A stretch of 64,000 nucleotides of DNA from Candidatus Fermentibacteraceae bacterium (GTDB taxonomy: Bacteria; Fermentibacterota; Fermentibacteria; Fermentibacterales; JCC-6). Shown in pieces: positions 17,369 through 26,634 of this stretch. The notes under the pieces were generated by a model that was not told the origin of the DNA, searched no databases, and worked only from the letters and a program-made list of their open reading frames with translations. Within the stretch, counting starts at the first letter, position 1; each line of letters begins with the position of its first letter. Made by a program: the position numbers and the translations under genes. The stretch lies in contig JAWOHL010000041.1 in NCBI GenBank assembly GCA_046485185.1, positions 3,299 to 67,298 on the forward strand. The letters run 5' to 3'.

Positions 17369-18694
17369 TTACTCTGTAAAGGGCTTGAGAACCATGGGAA
17401 TGTTCGGCAGCCCGATTTCCTGAAGGTCATAGCCCACCCTGACTGAAGGCTTGCTGATCCTGATCACCCTGCCCAGGTCGATTGGCGTGGCGATAACCAC
17501 CGAATCGCAATCAGTGCCATTGATGGTCTTCTCCAGATCCCGCATCTGGGCGTCGCCGTAACCCATCGCGGGCAGAACGGACGCTTCTTCCTCACCGGGG
17601 TAGTACTTGTCGAAAGTGCTGCGGATCGACCCGACGGCGAAGGGAATGGGGTTCACCATCTCGCTGGCGCCGTACTTCTCGGCGGCCACGTAACCCGCGC
17701 CGAACTCCATCTCACCGTGTGTGAGCGTGGGACCGTCCTCCACCACGAGAACCCTGAGGCCGGTGATGAGGTCGGGTCTGTCGACGCTCACTGGGCTCGC
17801 GGCTTCGATAATGCGCGCGGAAGGGTTCACGCGGCGAATGTTCCCTCTTACCTCGTCAACGTCCTCGGGGTAGGCGCTGTCGATCTTGTTGATGACAACG
17901 ACGTCTGCGAGCCTGAGGTTGGTCTGGCCGGGGTAGTAACTGATCTCGTGACCCGGACGGTGGGGATCAACGACAGTTATTGTGAGATCGGGCTTGTAGA
18001 AGGATGTGTCGTTGTTGCCGCCATCCCAGAGGATGATATCGGCTTCCTTCTCCGCCTCGCGGAGGATCGCCTCGTAATCAACGCCGGCGTAGACTATTGT
18101 GCCGCGGTGGATATGGGGTTCGTACTCTTCCATCTCCTCGATGGTGCAATCGTGCATCTTGAGGTCTTCGATGGTCTGGAAACGCTGGACCCGCTGCTTC
18201 ACCAGGTCACCGTACGGCATCGGGTGCCTTATTGCGACAACCCTTTTCCCGGCGGCCTGAAGAACCTCAATGACCCTGCGGGTCGTCTGGCTTTTGCCGC
18301 AGCCCGTTCTAACAGCGCAAACGGCAATGACCGGCTTGGTACTTTTAACCATCGTTCTTTCGGCGCCGATCATGGTGATGTCGGCCCCCGCTGCATTGAC
18401 CCTGCTGACCAGGGCCATAACGGTGCTGTCGCTGAGGTCGCTGTAGGAAAGGACGCAAAGCTCAATCGCCTGGGTACGGATGATGTTCACGAGTTCGGAT
18501 TCGTCGAGGATGGGGATGCCCTTGGGGTAAAGGTCTCCGGCGAGTTCGGCGGGATACTTCCTGCCGTCGATGTCGGGGATCTGCGTGGCGGTGAACGCCA
18601 CCACTTCGTGCGTCCCGTCGTGCCTGAACAGCGTGTTGAAGTTGTGGAAGTCCCTCCCGGCGGCGCCGAGGATAAGTGTTCGTTTTCTGTTCAT
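17369..18694 (-). CDS. COG2403-type P-loop protein (cyclic 2,3-diphosphoglycerate synthetase-like predicted GTPase)
   Basis: ILGAAGRDFHNFN N-terminus, P-loop VRTGCGKSQTT, ~441 aa. Start taken at MNRKRTLILG. Confidence 0.65.
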   Translation of the reverse strand: MNRKRTLILGAAGRDFHNFNTLFRHDGTHEVVAFTATQIPDIDGRKYPAELAGDLYPKGIPILDESELVNIIRTQAIELCVLSYSDLSDSTVMALVSRVNAAGADITMIGAERTMVKSTKPVIAVCAVRTGCGKSQTTRRVIEVLQAAGKRVVAIRHPMPYGDLVKQRVQRFQTIEDLKMHDCTIEEMEEYEPHIHRGTIVYAGVDYEAILREAEKEADIILWDGGNNDTSFYKPDLTITVVDPHRPGHEISYYPGQTNLRLADVVVINKIDSAYPEDVDEVRGNIRRVNPSARIIEAASPVSVDRPDLITGLRVLVVEDGPTLTHGEMEFGAGYVAAEKYGASEMVNPIPFAVGSIRSTFDKYYPGEEEASVLPAMGYGDAQMRDLEKTINGTDCDSVVIATPIDLGRVIRISKPSVRVGYDLQEIGLPNIPMVLKPFTE

Positions 18695-18769
18695 GGTGTC
18701 CTTTCCGCAAGCGGTGAGTGTTCTTGCGGAAGAGCAACAGCGAGCCGAAGGCTCGGCCTCTCCCGGAGA

Positions 18770-18798
18770 TTTAAGAAAACCGGCCGGTGGGGCCGGTT
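18770..18798 (-). terminator. Intrinsic terminator after the DUF2085 gene
   Basis: On the minus strand: aaccggcc-ccacc-ggccggtt (8-bp stem) followed by TTTTCTTAAAT. Confidence 0.6.
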
Positions 18799-18855
18799 GA
18801 ACAAATCTCTTTCTTGCGGGCGCTTTTGTCAAGCCACTGAAGGGGTTGGGGCCGG

Positions 18856-19254
18856 TCAGCAGTCGACCGCCCTCCCCAAAAGGATAACCAGCCCAAGCCC
18901 CGCCGCGGCACCGGTGAGCAACCGTACCGGATTGGTGCTTTCATGAAAGCCGAAAAACTGTATCGTGCCGTCGACAAGCATTGGCGCCAGGAGCAGAAGA
19001 CCGGTCCGGACGGTTCCGGTGATACGCCGGACAAAGAGCAGTCCCGACGAAATGAAAGTAGCGAGCCAGAAGCCCGTGCAGCGGGCGCACTGCCCACCCA
19101 TGCCCCATGGGAAGTGAAAGCTCCTGTGTGGGAGGCGATGGCACGAAACCTTCATCAGTGGTCTCAGGAAGGGAGGGTCGAAGAACGCTCCCAGGACGTA
19201 GGTCAGTGAAAGAAGGCCAAGGGCCGCGGAAGCGATGCGGCGAAGCCTATCCAT
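18856..19254 (-). CDS. DUF2085 family membrane protein
   Basis: CHRLPHRSFHF...CARCTGFW motif pair plus 4 hydrophobic segments. The start MDRLRR overlaps the upstream stop by 8 nt. Confidence 0.7.
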   Translation of the reverse strand: MDRLRRIASAALGLLSLTYVLGAFFDPPFLRPLMKVSCHRLPHRSFHFPWGMGGQCARCTGFWLATFISSGLLFVRRITGTVRTGLLLLAPMLVDGTIQFFGFHESTNPVRLLTGAAAGLGLVILLGRAVDC

Positions 19255-20617
19255 CCGCCCAGGTGCCCTCTCCCCAGTGAAACCGCTCTTCGACACTGCC
19301 CTCACCCATCACTTCGAGGGCGGCACACTGGCCCATCTCAATGGAGTGGTCCATGTTGTTGTACCGAAAAAGCCCCTGCCTGCCGCAACTGACGATCCCG
19401 CCAAGGGATTTGATGCCGTCGAGAACGGTCCCCGCTTCATGCCGGTAACCAAGCCGGTAGACAGGGTAGGCATGTTCCTGCCGCACCGCGACGCTGTCAA
19501 CAACCATGTCCCGGGAGAAAAGGCCGAGGTGCTGCGCCCCTTCCAGGGCGTTCTCAAGGAGTTCTACCCTGCCTGCATTCCAGACCCTGTCACCCTTGTC
19601 GCAACTGAACTCGAACACCGCCTGGGATGGCATGGCCGGATCAAAACTGCGGGTGAGCGACAGTCTGTTGAACATGTATCTGTCCTCGGAAGTGTAGATC
19701 CAGTGATCTCTCGCTTCGGTCTCCCCGTTCAGAAGAACCGTGAGAAACACGAGGGACCTGAAGAAAAGCTTCCCGGCGGCTGAATGAACCTTATCCGGAA
19801 GAAGGGGGCCGAGAAGGGAAGCGAACTCTCCCAGGGGGATCGTGTTTATCAGCCGGTCTACCAGGATGCGCTCTCCCCGTGCGGCTATCTCCCACTGGCT
19901 CCCGGCCCTGCTGATGCTTTCAGGGGCGGCGGCGAAGAGGATCCGTCCCCCTGAGGCCCTTGTTCTCTGCTCCAGGGCGTCGGCGATCCTGCCGATGCCC
20001 CCCCGGGGGTAGTGAAACTCACCTGCAAGGCTTCTCACCTTTCCCGAGGGGAAAAAAGTCTCCCTGACCAGTCCCGACAGGCTTGGAACGGTTATCCTCT
20101 GGCTTGCCCAGTCCGCGCTGAGTTCCGATGGCTCGAGCCCCCAGAGCTTCCTGTTGTAAGGCGAGAAGTACATGTCGTAAAGCGGCCTGCCGAAACGGCT
20201 GAGGACCCATCCCTCGAAGCTCGCCTGCTCCCTGGGTTTCAGAAGGCTTCGAAGCTTTTCCGCCACGAAGCCCGACATCATGGCGAGTCCGCTTGCCGGT
20301 GGCATTGACGAAAGAACGTTCCCCAGGGCGAGGGGATAATCGAAAAACCGGTCGAGCAGACGGATCCTGCTGCGCCGTTCGAGGGTGAGCAGGTCATCTC
20401 CCAGAAGGTCCCTGACGAAACCCAGCAGTTGCGCGTTCATCGTGTGAAACCTGTGCGGTCCGAAATCGAAGGAGAAAGCTCCCCTTGAGAATGTGGACGA
20501 GAGCCCCCCCACGTGGCGATTCTTTTCAAGCACGGTAACGGGAATTCCCCTGGAGGCGAGAGCGTCCGCCGCGCTCAAACCCGCGAGACCGGCGCCCAAA
20601 ACCGCTGTTCTGATCAA
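19247..20617 (-). CDS. FAD/NAD(P)-binding oxidoreductase (amine oxidase / UDP-galactopyranose mutase-like fold)
   Basis: Dinucleotide fold AVLGAGLAGLSAADALASRGIPVTVLEKNRHVGGL. Start is uncertain: I propose TTG 20617 (AGGAAGGG SD), because the ORF-track ATG 20758 would overlap the upstream gene by 128 nt. Confidence 0.65.
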   Translation of the reverse strand: MIRTAVLGAGLAGLSAADALASRGIPVTVLEKNRHVGGLSSTFSRGAFSFDFGPHRFHTMNAQLLGFVRDLLGDDLLTLERRSRIRLLDRFFDYPLALGNVLSSMPPASGLAMMSGFVAEKLRSLLKPREQASFEGWVLSRFGRPLYDMYFSPYNRKLWGLEPSELSADWASQRITVPSLSGLVRETFFPSGKVRSLAGEFHYPRGGIGRIADALEQRTRASGGRILFAAAPESISRAGSQWEIAARGERILVDRLINTIPLGEFASLLGPLLPDKVHSAAGKLFFRSLVFLTVLLNGETEARDHWIYTSEDRYMFNRLSLTRSFDPAMPSQAVFEFSCDKGDRVWNAGRVELLENALEGAQHLGLFSRDMVVDSVAVRQEHAYPVYRLGYRHEAGTVLDGIKSLGGIVSCGRQGLFRYNNMDHSIEMGQCAALEVMGEGSVEERFHWGEGTWADG

Positions 20618-20630
20618 AAGGCTGCCCTTC

Positions 20631-22226
20631 CTATTGGATCCAGTTGACCCTGTCCCGGTAATCAGGCTCGATGGGCGAGAACTCTTTAACATACTCAAGA
20701 ACGGTTTCCATGAGATTGTACCCGGTATGCCAGGGCTCAAATCCAGTGAGGATCCCAAACCCCACGCTGCCGTAGGCCAGGTATCCGGTCGTCACGAAAG
20801 TGTACTCAACGCAGGGGTCGAGAGGTACACCGTTCACCATGGGCTCGAGGATCTTGCCTCCGTCCGGTCTGGACTGGTCCCTGCCGCACGTGAAGCCCGA
20901 GATCTGCATGTCCCTGCGGCGCCCCTGCATTCCGGTCTCCAGTATCTCGAGCAGTTCTGCCCCCGTCAGCCTGAAGGCAAGTATGTCCTCCTCGAAGGGA
21001 AGGGCGGTGTACACTGTTCTTGCCGATACGGGACCCCTGGGTATCGAAGCCCTTATGCCTCCGCGGTTCATGAGGGCAACGTCCGCGCCGGTCCTCCATC
21101 TCATGGCGTCGGCCACCAGTCTTCCAAGCGGATGCTCGGCGGCACCCCTCGGTATCTCTGAAAGGGCCTCGCCCACAACCTCGTCCATGCCCGCTTCGGC
21201 CATTTGCCTGAAGGACTCCACAAGATCCGCGACAGAAGAATCGGGCCAGAACTGCTCATGCAGCAGACTGACGTACTCATCACCCATCGGGCAGTCGAAA
21301 CCGGTCACCGTTCCAGTCTCGGAGTCCAGCCACAATCTGATCCACCCGATGCCCGTTCCGTTACCGTATCCCTGGACGATGATGGAATGGGTCAGCGGAT
21401 TCACCCAGGGTTCGGACAGACCAACATGGATATGACCGCTTATAACGGCTCCGATCCCTGGGATCAGGCACGTGAGTTCCGCATTGTTGAGCGCGAAGCT
21501 CTTGGTGTACTCCTCACCCCTGTCCCAGGCGGAAAACACCCGCTCCAGATAAACCTCGGGATCGGGCGGCTGGCCAAGGTGCGACACGAGAATGATGGTC
21601 GCGGCTCCGGCATCCCTTGCTTCATCGATATACCTTTCCAGGGAGAGGACTTCATTGGTGAAGGCGTACCCTTCGAGACCCGCTTCGTCCACCAGGGTGC
21701 GCGTGTCCGGCGTGGTCAGACCTATGAAGGCCGTTTTCACTCCCCCGAAATCCATGATGACGCAGGGAGTGATCCCGGCGGGAACGGCTCCCTCAGTTGT
21801 CTCGAAGTTGGCGCAGACCACGGGAAAGTCCGCCAGGGAAGCATTACTCAGGGCTGTTTCCGCACCCCTGTCGAAGTCGTGGTTTCCAAGGGTCATCATG
21901 TCGTAACCCACGGCGTTCATCCACGAAATGACGGAAGCCCCGGAGTCGAAACCTCCCACGGGCGTTCCCTGCCAGATATCACCGGCATCCACCAGAACCA
22001 TGAACTCCCCGGCATCTTCGCACTGTCTGCGGGCCTCACGAACGAATGATGCGATCCATGCCCCTCCACCCACTCCGGGCGGAAAATCGGGGTTGAGGAA
22101 CGTGGCGTCCCTTCCCACAATCCCGCCATGTATATCATTGGTATGCAATATGTTGAGGTAAACGGTGCCGCCCCGTGAAAGGGCAGCCAGCAGCAGTACA
22201 AGAAGTATGGCCCGGATCACCGCCAC
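20631..22226 (-). CDS. Secreted bifunctional metallophosphatase / 5'-nucleotidase (UshA family)
   Basis: Signal peptide, then LHTNDIHGG, DAGDIWQGT, GNHDFD, ISGHIHV, plus a C-terminal 5'-nucleotidase substrate-binding region. Confidence 0.85.
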   Translation of the reverse strand: MAVIRAILLVLLLAALSRGGTVYLNILHTNDIHGGIVGRDATFLNPDFPPGVGGGAWIASFVREARRQCEDAGEFMVLVDAGDIWQGTPVGGFDSGASVISWMNAVGYDMMTLGNHDFDRGAETALSNASLADFPVVCANFETTEGAVPAGITPCVIMDFGGVKTAFIGLTTPDTRTLVDEAGLEGYAFTNEVLSLERYIDEARDAGAATIILVSHLGQPPDPEVYLERVFSAWDRGEEYTKSFALNNAELTCLIPGIGAVISGHIHVGLSEPWVNPLTHSIIVQGYGNGTGIGWIRLWLDSETGTVTGFDCPMGDEYVSLLHEQFWPDSSVADLVESFRQMAEAGMDEVVGEALSEIPRGAAEHPLGRLVADAMRWRTGADVALMNRGGIRASIPRGPVSARTVYTALPFEEDILAFRLTGAELLEILETGMQGRRRDMQISGFTCGRDQSRPDGGKILEPMVNGVPLDPCVEYTFVTTGYLAYGSVGFGILTGFEPWHTGYNLMETVLEYVKEFSPIEPDYRDRVNWIQ

Positions 22227-23365
22227 AGGGGAACCTCCCCGAAGTCTCTGGATATCCCTATAACGATCGTGGAGGAGAGGGATTCCACTGACAGGCTGTC
22301 ACCCAGGGAGAATCCCGGGAGACCTGGCACCTGTGACTGCCTCCACCGTGAGGGTGTCAACCGAAGACCCGCATCCAGACGCCAACTGTCCACGCTGAAC
22401 CCTATTCCAGTAGTGAAACTCACGGTATCCAGGGCTCTGTGAACGGGTGACGTCCTGTAGTCGAACCCGAACCTGGCGATGGGGCCGCCCGGAAGGTGGC
22501 TCTCCACTCCCCCGCGGAAACCCCAGGTATTCCTCAGTCCGGGCTCTCCCTCGTCCCTCCAGTTCGCCTCGGCGCTGAAACTGCTTCTAAGCCTGTTGCC
22601 CGGGAGGTAACCCAAACCACACGTGACCTCAATGACGTCCTCGATGCTCGTATCCGTCCCGTTGCCGTCGCTCGTCGACCATCCCACAGGCATGGAAACC
22701 CCCGCTGCAAGACTCAGTCTTCCAATGACACCGTTGCCTGAAGCCCTTATCACAGCCCCGGTGATGTCATGCTTCTCCTCCCAGGATTCATCGGGCACTG
22801 AGGGGTCAATGTTCACGACTGACCAGAGCACGGTTCTGCTGCCTGTCACGAATCCGGCTCCCGCGCCCACGCACCAGCCGGGGATAGGGCTGTAGCCCGC
22901 TGACCCGCCCAGCTCCCAGAGCAACCCGCTGCTCTTCAGGGTTTCTTCCGAGGTCTGCACATAGGCCTCATCACGTTCGGTCCGTGAATAGTCGTAGCCA
23001 AAGCTGCCAATGGCCCTGACTCCCGCGGCCACACCCCAGCTCTCCTCTCCGTACGATGCGGCGGCGCCGCCCGGGGTGATACCCGTACCCTGGTTGAAAG
23101 CATGTTCCGACTCTCCCACCACGCCACCGAATGAGTCGTAGACCATTCGGGTTCTCGACTCCCGGGTGTAGAGGAGTGCACCGGAGAGGTCCGCCCTCTT
23201 TCCAGAGACTGCAGCGTAAGCGGGGTTCTCAAGAGCGCCCAAAGCCGACCTGTCCATGAAAGGACCGCCACCCATGCCGGTGGCGGCCGCGGAACCCGCG
23301 GGATTCCATCCCCCGAGCCACAAAACCTCGGGAAGTCCGCAGAGAAGCGCAAGAAGCGCGATCAT
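22217..23365 (-). CDS. Outer-membrane beta-barrel protein, FadL/PorV-like N-terminal signature
   Basis: Signal peptide. GSAAATGMGGGPF...ALENPAYAA resembles the GGxx...NPA motif of FadL/PorV/PorQ-type barrels. Alternating strands throughout. Confidence 0.5.
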   Translation of the reverse strand: MIALLALLCGLPEVLWLGGWNPAGSAAATGMGGGPFMDRSALGALENPAYAAVSGKRADLSGALLYTRESRTRMVYDSFGGVVGESEHAFNQGTGITPGGAAASYGEESWGVAAGVRAIGSFGYDYSRTERDEAYVQTSEETLKSSGLLWELGGSAGYSPIPGWCVGAGAGFVTGSRTVLWSVVNIDPSVPDESWEEKHDITGAVIRASGNGVIGRLSLAAGVSMPVGWSTSDGNGTDTSIEDVIEVTCGLGYLPGNRLRSSFSAEANWRDEGEPGLRNTWGFRGGVESHLPGGPIARFGFDYRTSPVHRALDTVSFTTGIGFSVDSWRLDAGLRLTPSRWRQSQVPGLPGFSLGDSLSVESLSSTIVIGISRDFGEVPLWR

Positions 23366-23377
23366 ATACTCTCCCGC

Positions 23378-25816
23378 CTACCAGCGATAATCGAGCTGGA
23401 AACGCAAGCCGTATTCCACCAGCCGGTCCACGAAATCTCCGGGAACCTCTTCGGCGCCCCCCCCGTAATGGAATGAGTCGTCGGGGTCCGGACGGTAGAA
23501 ACCGTTGTGGGGAAAAGATGTTTCCTTCCTGAGAAAGCGCATCCTCAGTTGAAGGGCATCGGACAGAACATTTTTAAATGTGAGATAGAACTTGGTTCCC
23601 CTGCCATCGAGGAAGTCGATACCCGTGTCCTCGAACTCCCACTGGCTCATGCCGCTGGTGGTCCACAGGGTAGCACCTCCCAGAAGTGACAGGTCCTCGT
23701 TGAAGTCGTGCTCCCACTGAAGGCTCAGGAAGCCGCCATCCATAAGGGCGTCATCTCCGTACATGGGGTTCGGCGTCAGCTCCACCTGGCCGTATCTGAG
23801 GGATACGCTCACATAGTCGCCGCCTGTGGGGAGTATGAATGTCCTGAAGGTGTACTCGGTGGTTCGGGAATTTGTGGAGACGGCCGTTCTGGGCTTGTGT
23901 TTGTCCTGGAACTTGTACTTCAGCCTGAATCGCACGGGCCACACCGGTCTGAACTCCACCTCCCCCTGAAACCTGAGGTTCTCAAGATCGTGGGGCAGTG
24001 TTCTCCAGAGGTCGATGTACACCTTGGTGAACGTTATCCTGCTGCTTATCTGATAGCGGGTTTCGAGATAGATGCCCTCTTCGGGTTTGGGCACCGGGAG
24101 GTCGGCGAGCTGGCTGTATAGCGGGTCGTTGAAACGGTACGGGTTTTCAAAAACTGTGTCGTCAAACCTCAGCTGCTCGGTGAAACCACGGTTGTAGGGG
24201 TTTGTGAACCCGGGCTCGTACCGGCGGTAGATGCACGTGAGATAGTGCCAGTCATTCCTCCAGTCCGCCCTGGCCAACCCCGCGGAAGCCCCATTGTCCT
24301 GCAGCGCCAGCTCACCCTGAAGGCTGAATCGCTCAATCACGGTCTGGCCGTAGAAACCGGCGAAGCTCATGGCGTCACCAGACGGCATTTGACCGTACTC
24401 CGGGCAATCCCACTGATAACTGTCGCCGGGGATGTCCAGGGTTTCAGGCGTCGGCGCCAGCGAGTCACCGTAGGCAACCCTCATTAGCCCGGCACCCAAC
24501 CCTGTTCCCACGGGAAGAACCTCTCCCAGGTCGTAGAAACCGTAGCCACCCAGCACCGCCTCGTCCACCTTCCCTGAAGTGGCATCGGTTCTGAACCGGC
24601 TCTGCATGAGTACATTCGGAGTTCCATCCGGGTTCATCACCGCGTCCCTGCTGTTCCATGATCCGAAGCCGTAGATGATTGCGCCGCCCGCTCTGATCTC
24701 GGCCGCGCCACCCGTGAGTGCGTGCTGCCGGGTCGTGGTGAGGTCGGGCATCAGACCCCACGTCCTCTGGGTGTTCCTGTACCGCAGCTCATCAGTGTTG
24801 TCCATCAGAAGGCCCTGGCCCAGACTTAGGCGGTAGTTGCCCAGGATGACCCTGCGAAACGGGCCGCCCGGCCTGATCTCCGCGAATGCCTTTGCGGTCT
24901 GAAATTCGCCTTCAGTCTCGAGACCGTCGAGTATTGGGAAGAGGGGGCCCTCAACCTGCGTGGAGGAGAAATCCCTCGATAACCTGACTCCGGCCTGGAA
25001 GCTCTCACCGGTCATGAAACGGAGTTTGTGGCTGAAACCGGGCCTGTCCCTTGCGGCGAGAAGGGCTTCCCTGCCGGAAAGGAGCTGTGAAGCCAGTGCC
25101 GCGCTGTCCACGGGGCTTCCGGAATAGTCTCTGGAACCGTCGTACATTGCTGAAAGGGCCGATTCGATCTCCGAGATCATGCCCTCGAGGTTCTCTTCAG
25201 TGCCGTCCCGTCCCGATCCCCCGTCGAAGACGAAACGGTAGCTCCCTCCGAACCCCTGGTACCCTGACGATTCGGTCCCCACGAAGTCTCTCATGTTCCG
25301 CCAGGCGAAAAAAGTGAGATTGTCCGTGTCACGAAGCGACCTGACATTCCCCGGCACGCCCGATGATCTAATCCTTGCATCAACCGCTGCGGCATCCATC
25401 AGGGTCACACCGTCAAGCCCGCGCAGGTCCCAGTGAGTTGCACCAGACAGGGGCATGGGTCTGACCAGGAGGTCCTCCCAGTACTCGACCTCGGAGGCTC
25501 CGGGACCATCCTCCTGTGAAAGCCTCTCCATCATGTCCATGACCATGGGGCTGATCCGTCGTGGTGCCGGGGGAAGGACAATGGTGTTACGAATGAGCCA
25601 CTCCAGGGTCACCGCGTCAAATCCCGGCAGAAGAAGCACTTCGTAGATATTCTCAAGTCCGCCCGTCTCGTTCACGTAGGCGTGGAGCGTCCTGGCCTGG
25701 ACGGCGGTAAGTCCCTCCAGGGACTCAAGCTCTTGAAGCGCGGCGGAGTTCAGGTCGGGTCCCGGCATCCCCCTCGCCAGCACAACGGACAGGAGCAGAA
25801 AAAGGTTAGAAAGCAT
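23378..25816 (-). CDS. Two ComEA-like helix-hairpin-helix modules fused to a large outer-membrane beta-barrel
   Basis: Start taken at MLSNLFLLLSVVLA (overlaps the upstream stop by 11 nt). DLNSAALQELESLEGLTAVQARTLHAYVNETGGLENIYEVLLLPGFDAVTLEWL follows the ComEA HhH pattern, with a second degenerate copy. About 600 aa of beta-strand pattern end in ...RFQLDYRW (aromatic terminus). Confidence 0.6.
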   Translation of the reverse strand: MLSNLFLLLSVVLARGMPGPDLNSAALQELESLEGLTAVQARTLHAYVNETGGLENIYEVLLLPGFDAVTLEWLIRNTIVLPPAPRRISPMVMDMMERLSQEDGPGASEVEYWEDLLVRPMPLSGATHWDLRGLDGVTLMDAAAVDARIRSSGVPGNVRSLRDTDNLTFFAWRNMRDFVGTESSGYQGFGGSYRFVFDGGSGRDGTEENLEGMISEIESALSAMYDGSRDYSGSPVDSAALASQLLSGREALLAARDRPGFSHKLRFMTGESFQAGVRLSRDFSSTQVEGPLFPILDGLETEGEFQTAKAFAEIRPGGPFRRVILGNYRLSLGQGLLMDNTDELRYRNTQRTWGLMPDLTTTRQHALTGGAAEIRAGGAIIYGFGSWNSRDAVMNPDGTPNVLMQSRFRTDATSGKVDEAVLGGYGFYDLGEVLPVGTGLGAGLMRVAYGDSLAPTPETLDIPGDSYQWDCPEYGQMPSGDAMSFAGFYGQTVIERFSLQGELALQDNGASAGLARADWRNDWHYLTCIYRRYEPGFTNPYNRGFTEQLRFDDTVFENPYRFNDPLYSQLADLPVPKPEEGIYLETRYQISSRITFTKVYIDLWRTLPHDLENLRFQGEVEFRPVWPVRFRLKYKFQDKHKPRTAVSTNSRTTEYTFRTFILPTGGDYVSVSLRYGQVELTPNPMYGDDALMDGGFLSLQWEHDFNEDLSLLGGATLWTTSGMSQWEFEDTGIDFLDGRGTKFYLTFKNVLSDALQLRMRFLRKETSFPHNGFYRPDPDDSFHYGGGAEEVPGDFVDRLVEYGLRFQLDYRW

Positions 25817-26624
25817 ACCCAACCCCCGCCTGATGGGTGGCATTGAGCTGAGGGTGGGTTTCAACGGCGTATGAGAACAGGACCCCCGAAACATCGGCGC
25901 TGAGGCCGCCGGTAACCACGGCGGGTCCGCTCCTGACGCCGGCGAACAGGGTGAGCGGACCAAGCGGCAGTGCCTGACCGACCCGGACCGCCGTGCTCTG
26001 GAAGTCCCGGGATACGGCAAAGGCTGATGCCATTCCCGGCAGGGGTTCGTACCGTACACCAATGTCCATCCTGCTCACAAGGTGCTCGCCACTCTCCCCG
26101 ATCCTGGCTTCAAAGGGATTTCTCAGGGCGGCTCCCACGCTCCATCTGTCGAAGACACGTGCCTGGAGCCCGACGGTCATATCGGCGGTCCATGAACTCC
26201 CGTAGCTGCTCACGCCATCAGAGATGGACGCCCTGCAGAAAAGCGGCTGGATACCCACGGAAAAGTCGTCGGTGAGAAGGCGTGATGCCGTGACATGCAC
26301 CATCTGTTCCGAGTAGAGGTCGCCCCCGAACAATCTCGCCCCTCCGCCCACCACCCATCCGCGGGAGAGCGGCAGGGCGATGTCGGCGCCCGCAGTGACG
26401 AAATCGGAGTTGCCGTATGGCATTCTGCCCGCTGCCATAGCCTTGGCGTGAGTCTCGAAGGAAACCGCGGCGGGGTTCCAAAGCATCCCGGCGATGCCCG
26501 GCGTCACCACCCCGGTCCCACCCATCGCGCGGCATTCGGTTCCGAGTTCGAGTTCCTCAAAAGCTGCAGCGGCGGTGTGCGCCAGGCAAAGTAACAGGAT
26601 CGCTGAAACGATGAGTGCTCTCAT
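25806..26624 (-). CDS. Small outer-membrane beta-barrel protein, PorV/PorQ/FadL-like signature
   Basis: Signal peptide ...AHTAAAA, then ECRAMGGTGVV...MLWNPAAVSF. Ends in ...GVGYAF. Confidence 0.5.
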   Translation of the reverse strand: MRALIVSAILLLCLAHTAAAAFEELELGTECRAMGGTGVVTPGIAGMLWNPAAVSFETHAKAMAAGRMPYGNSDFVTAGADIALPLSRGWVVGGGARLFGGDLYSEQMVHVTASRLLTDDFSVGIQPLFCRASISDGVSSYGSSWTADMTVGLQARVFDRWSVGAALRNPFEARIGESGEHLVSRMDIGVRYEPLPGMASAFAVSRDFQSTAVRVGQALPLGPLTLFAGVRSGPAVVTGGLSADVSGVLFSYAVETHPQLNATHQAGVGYAF

Positions 26625-26634
26625 GTGCTCCCCC

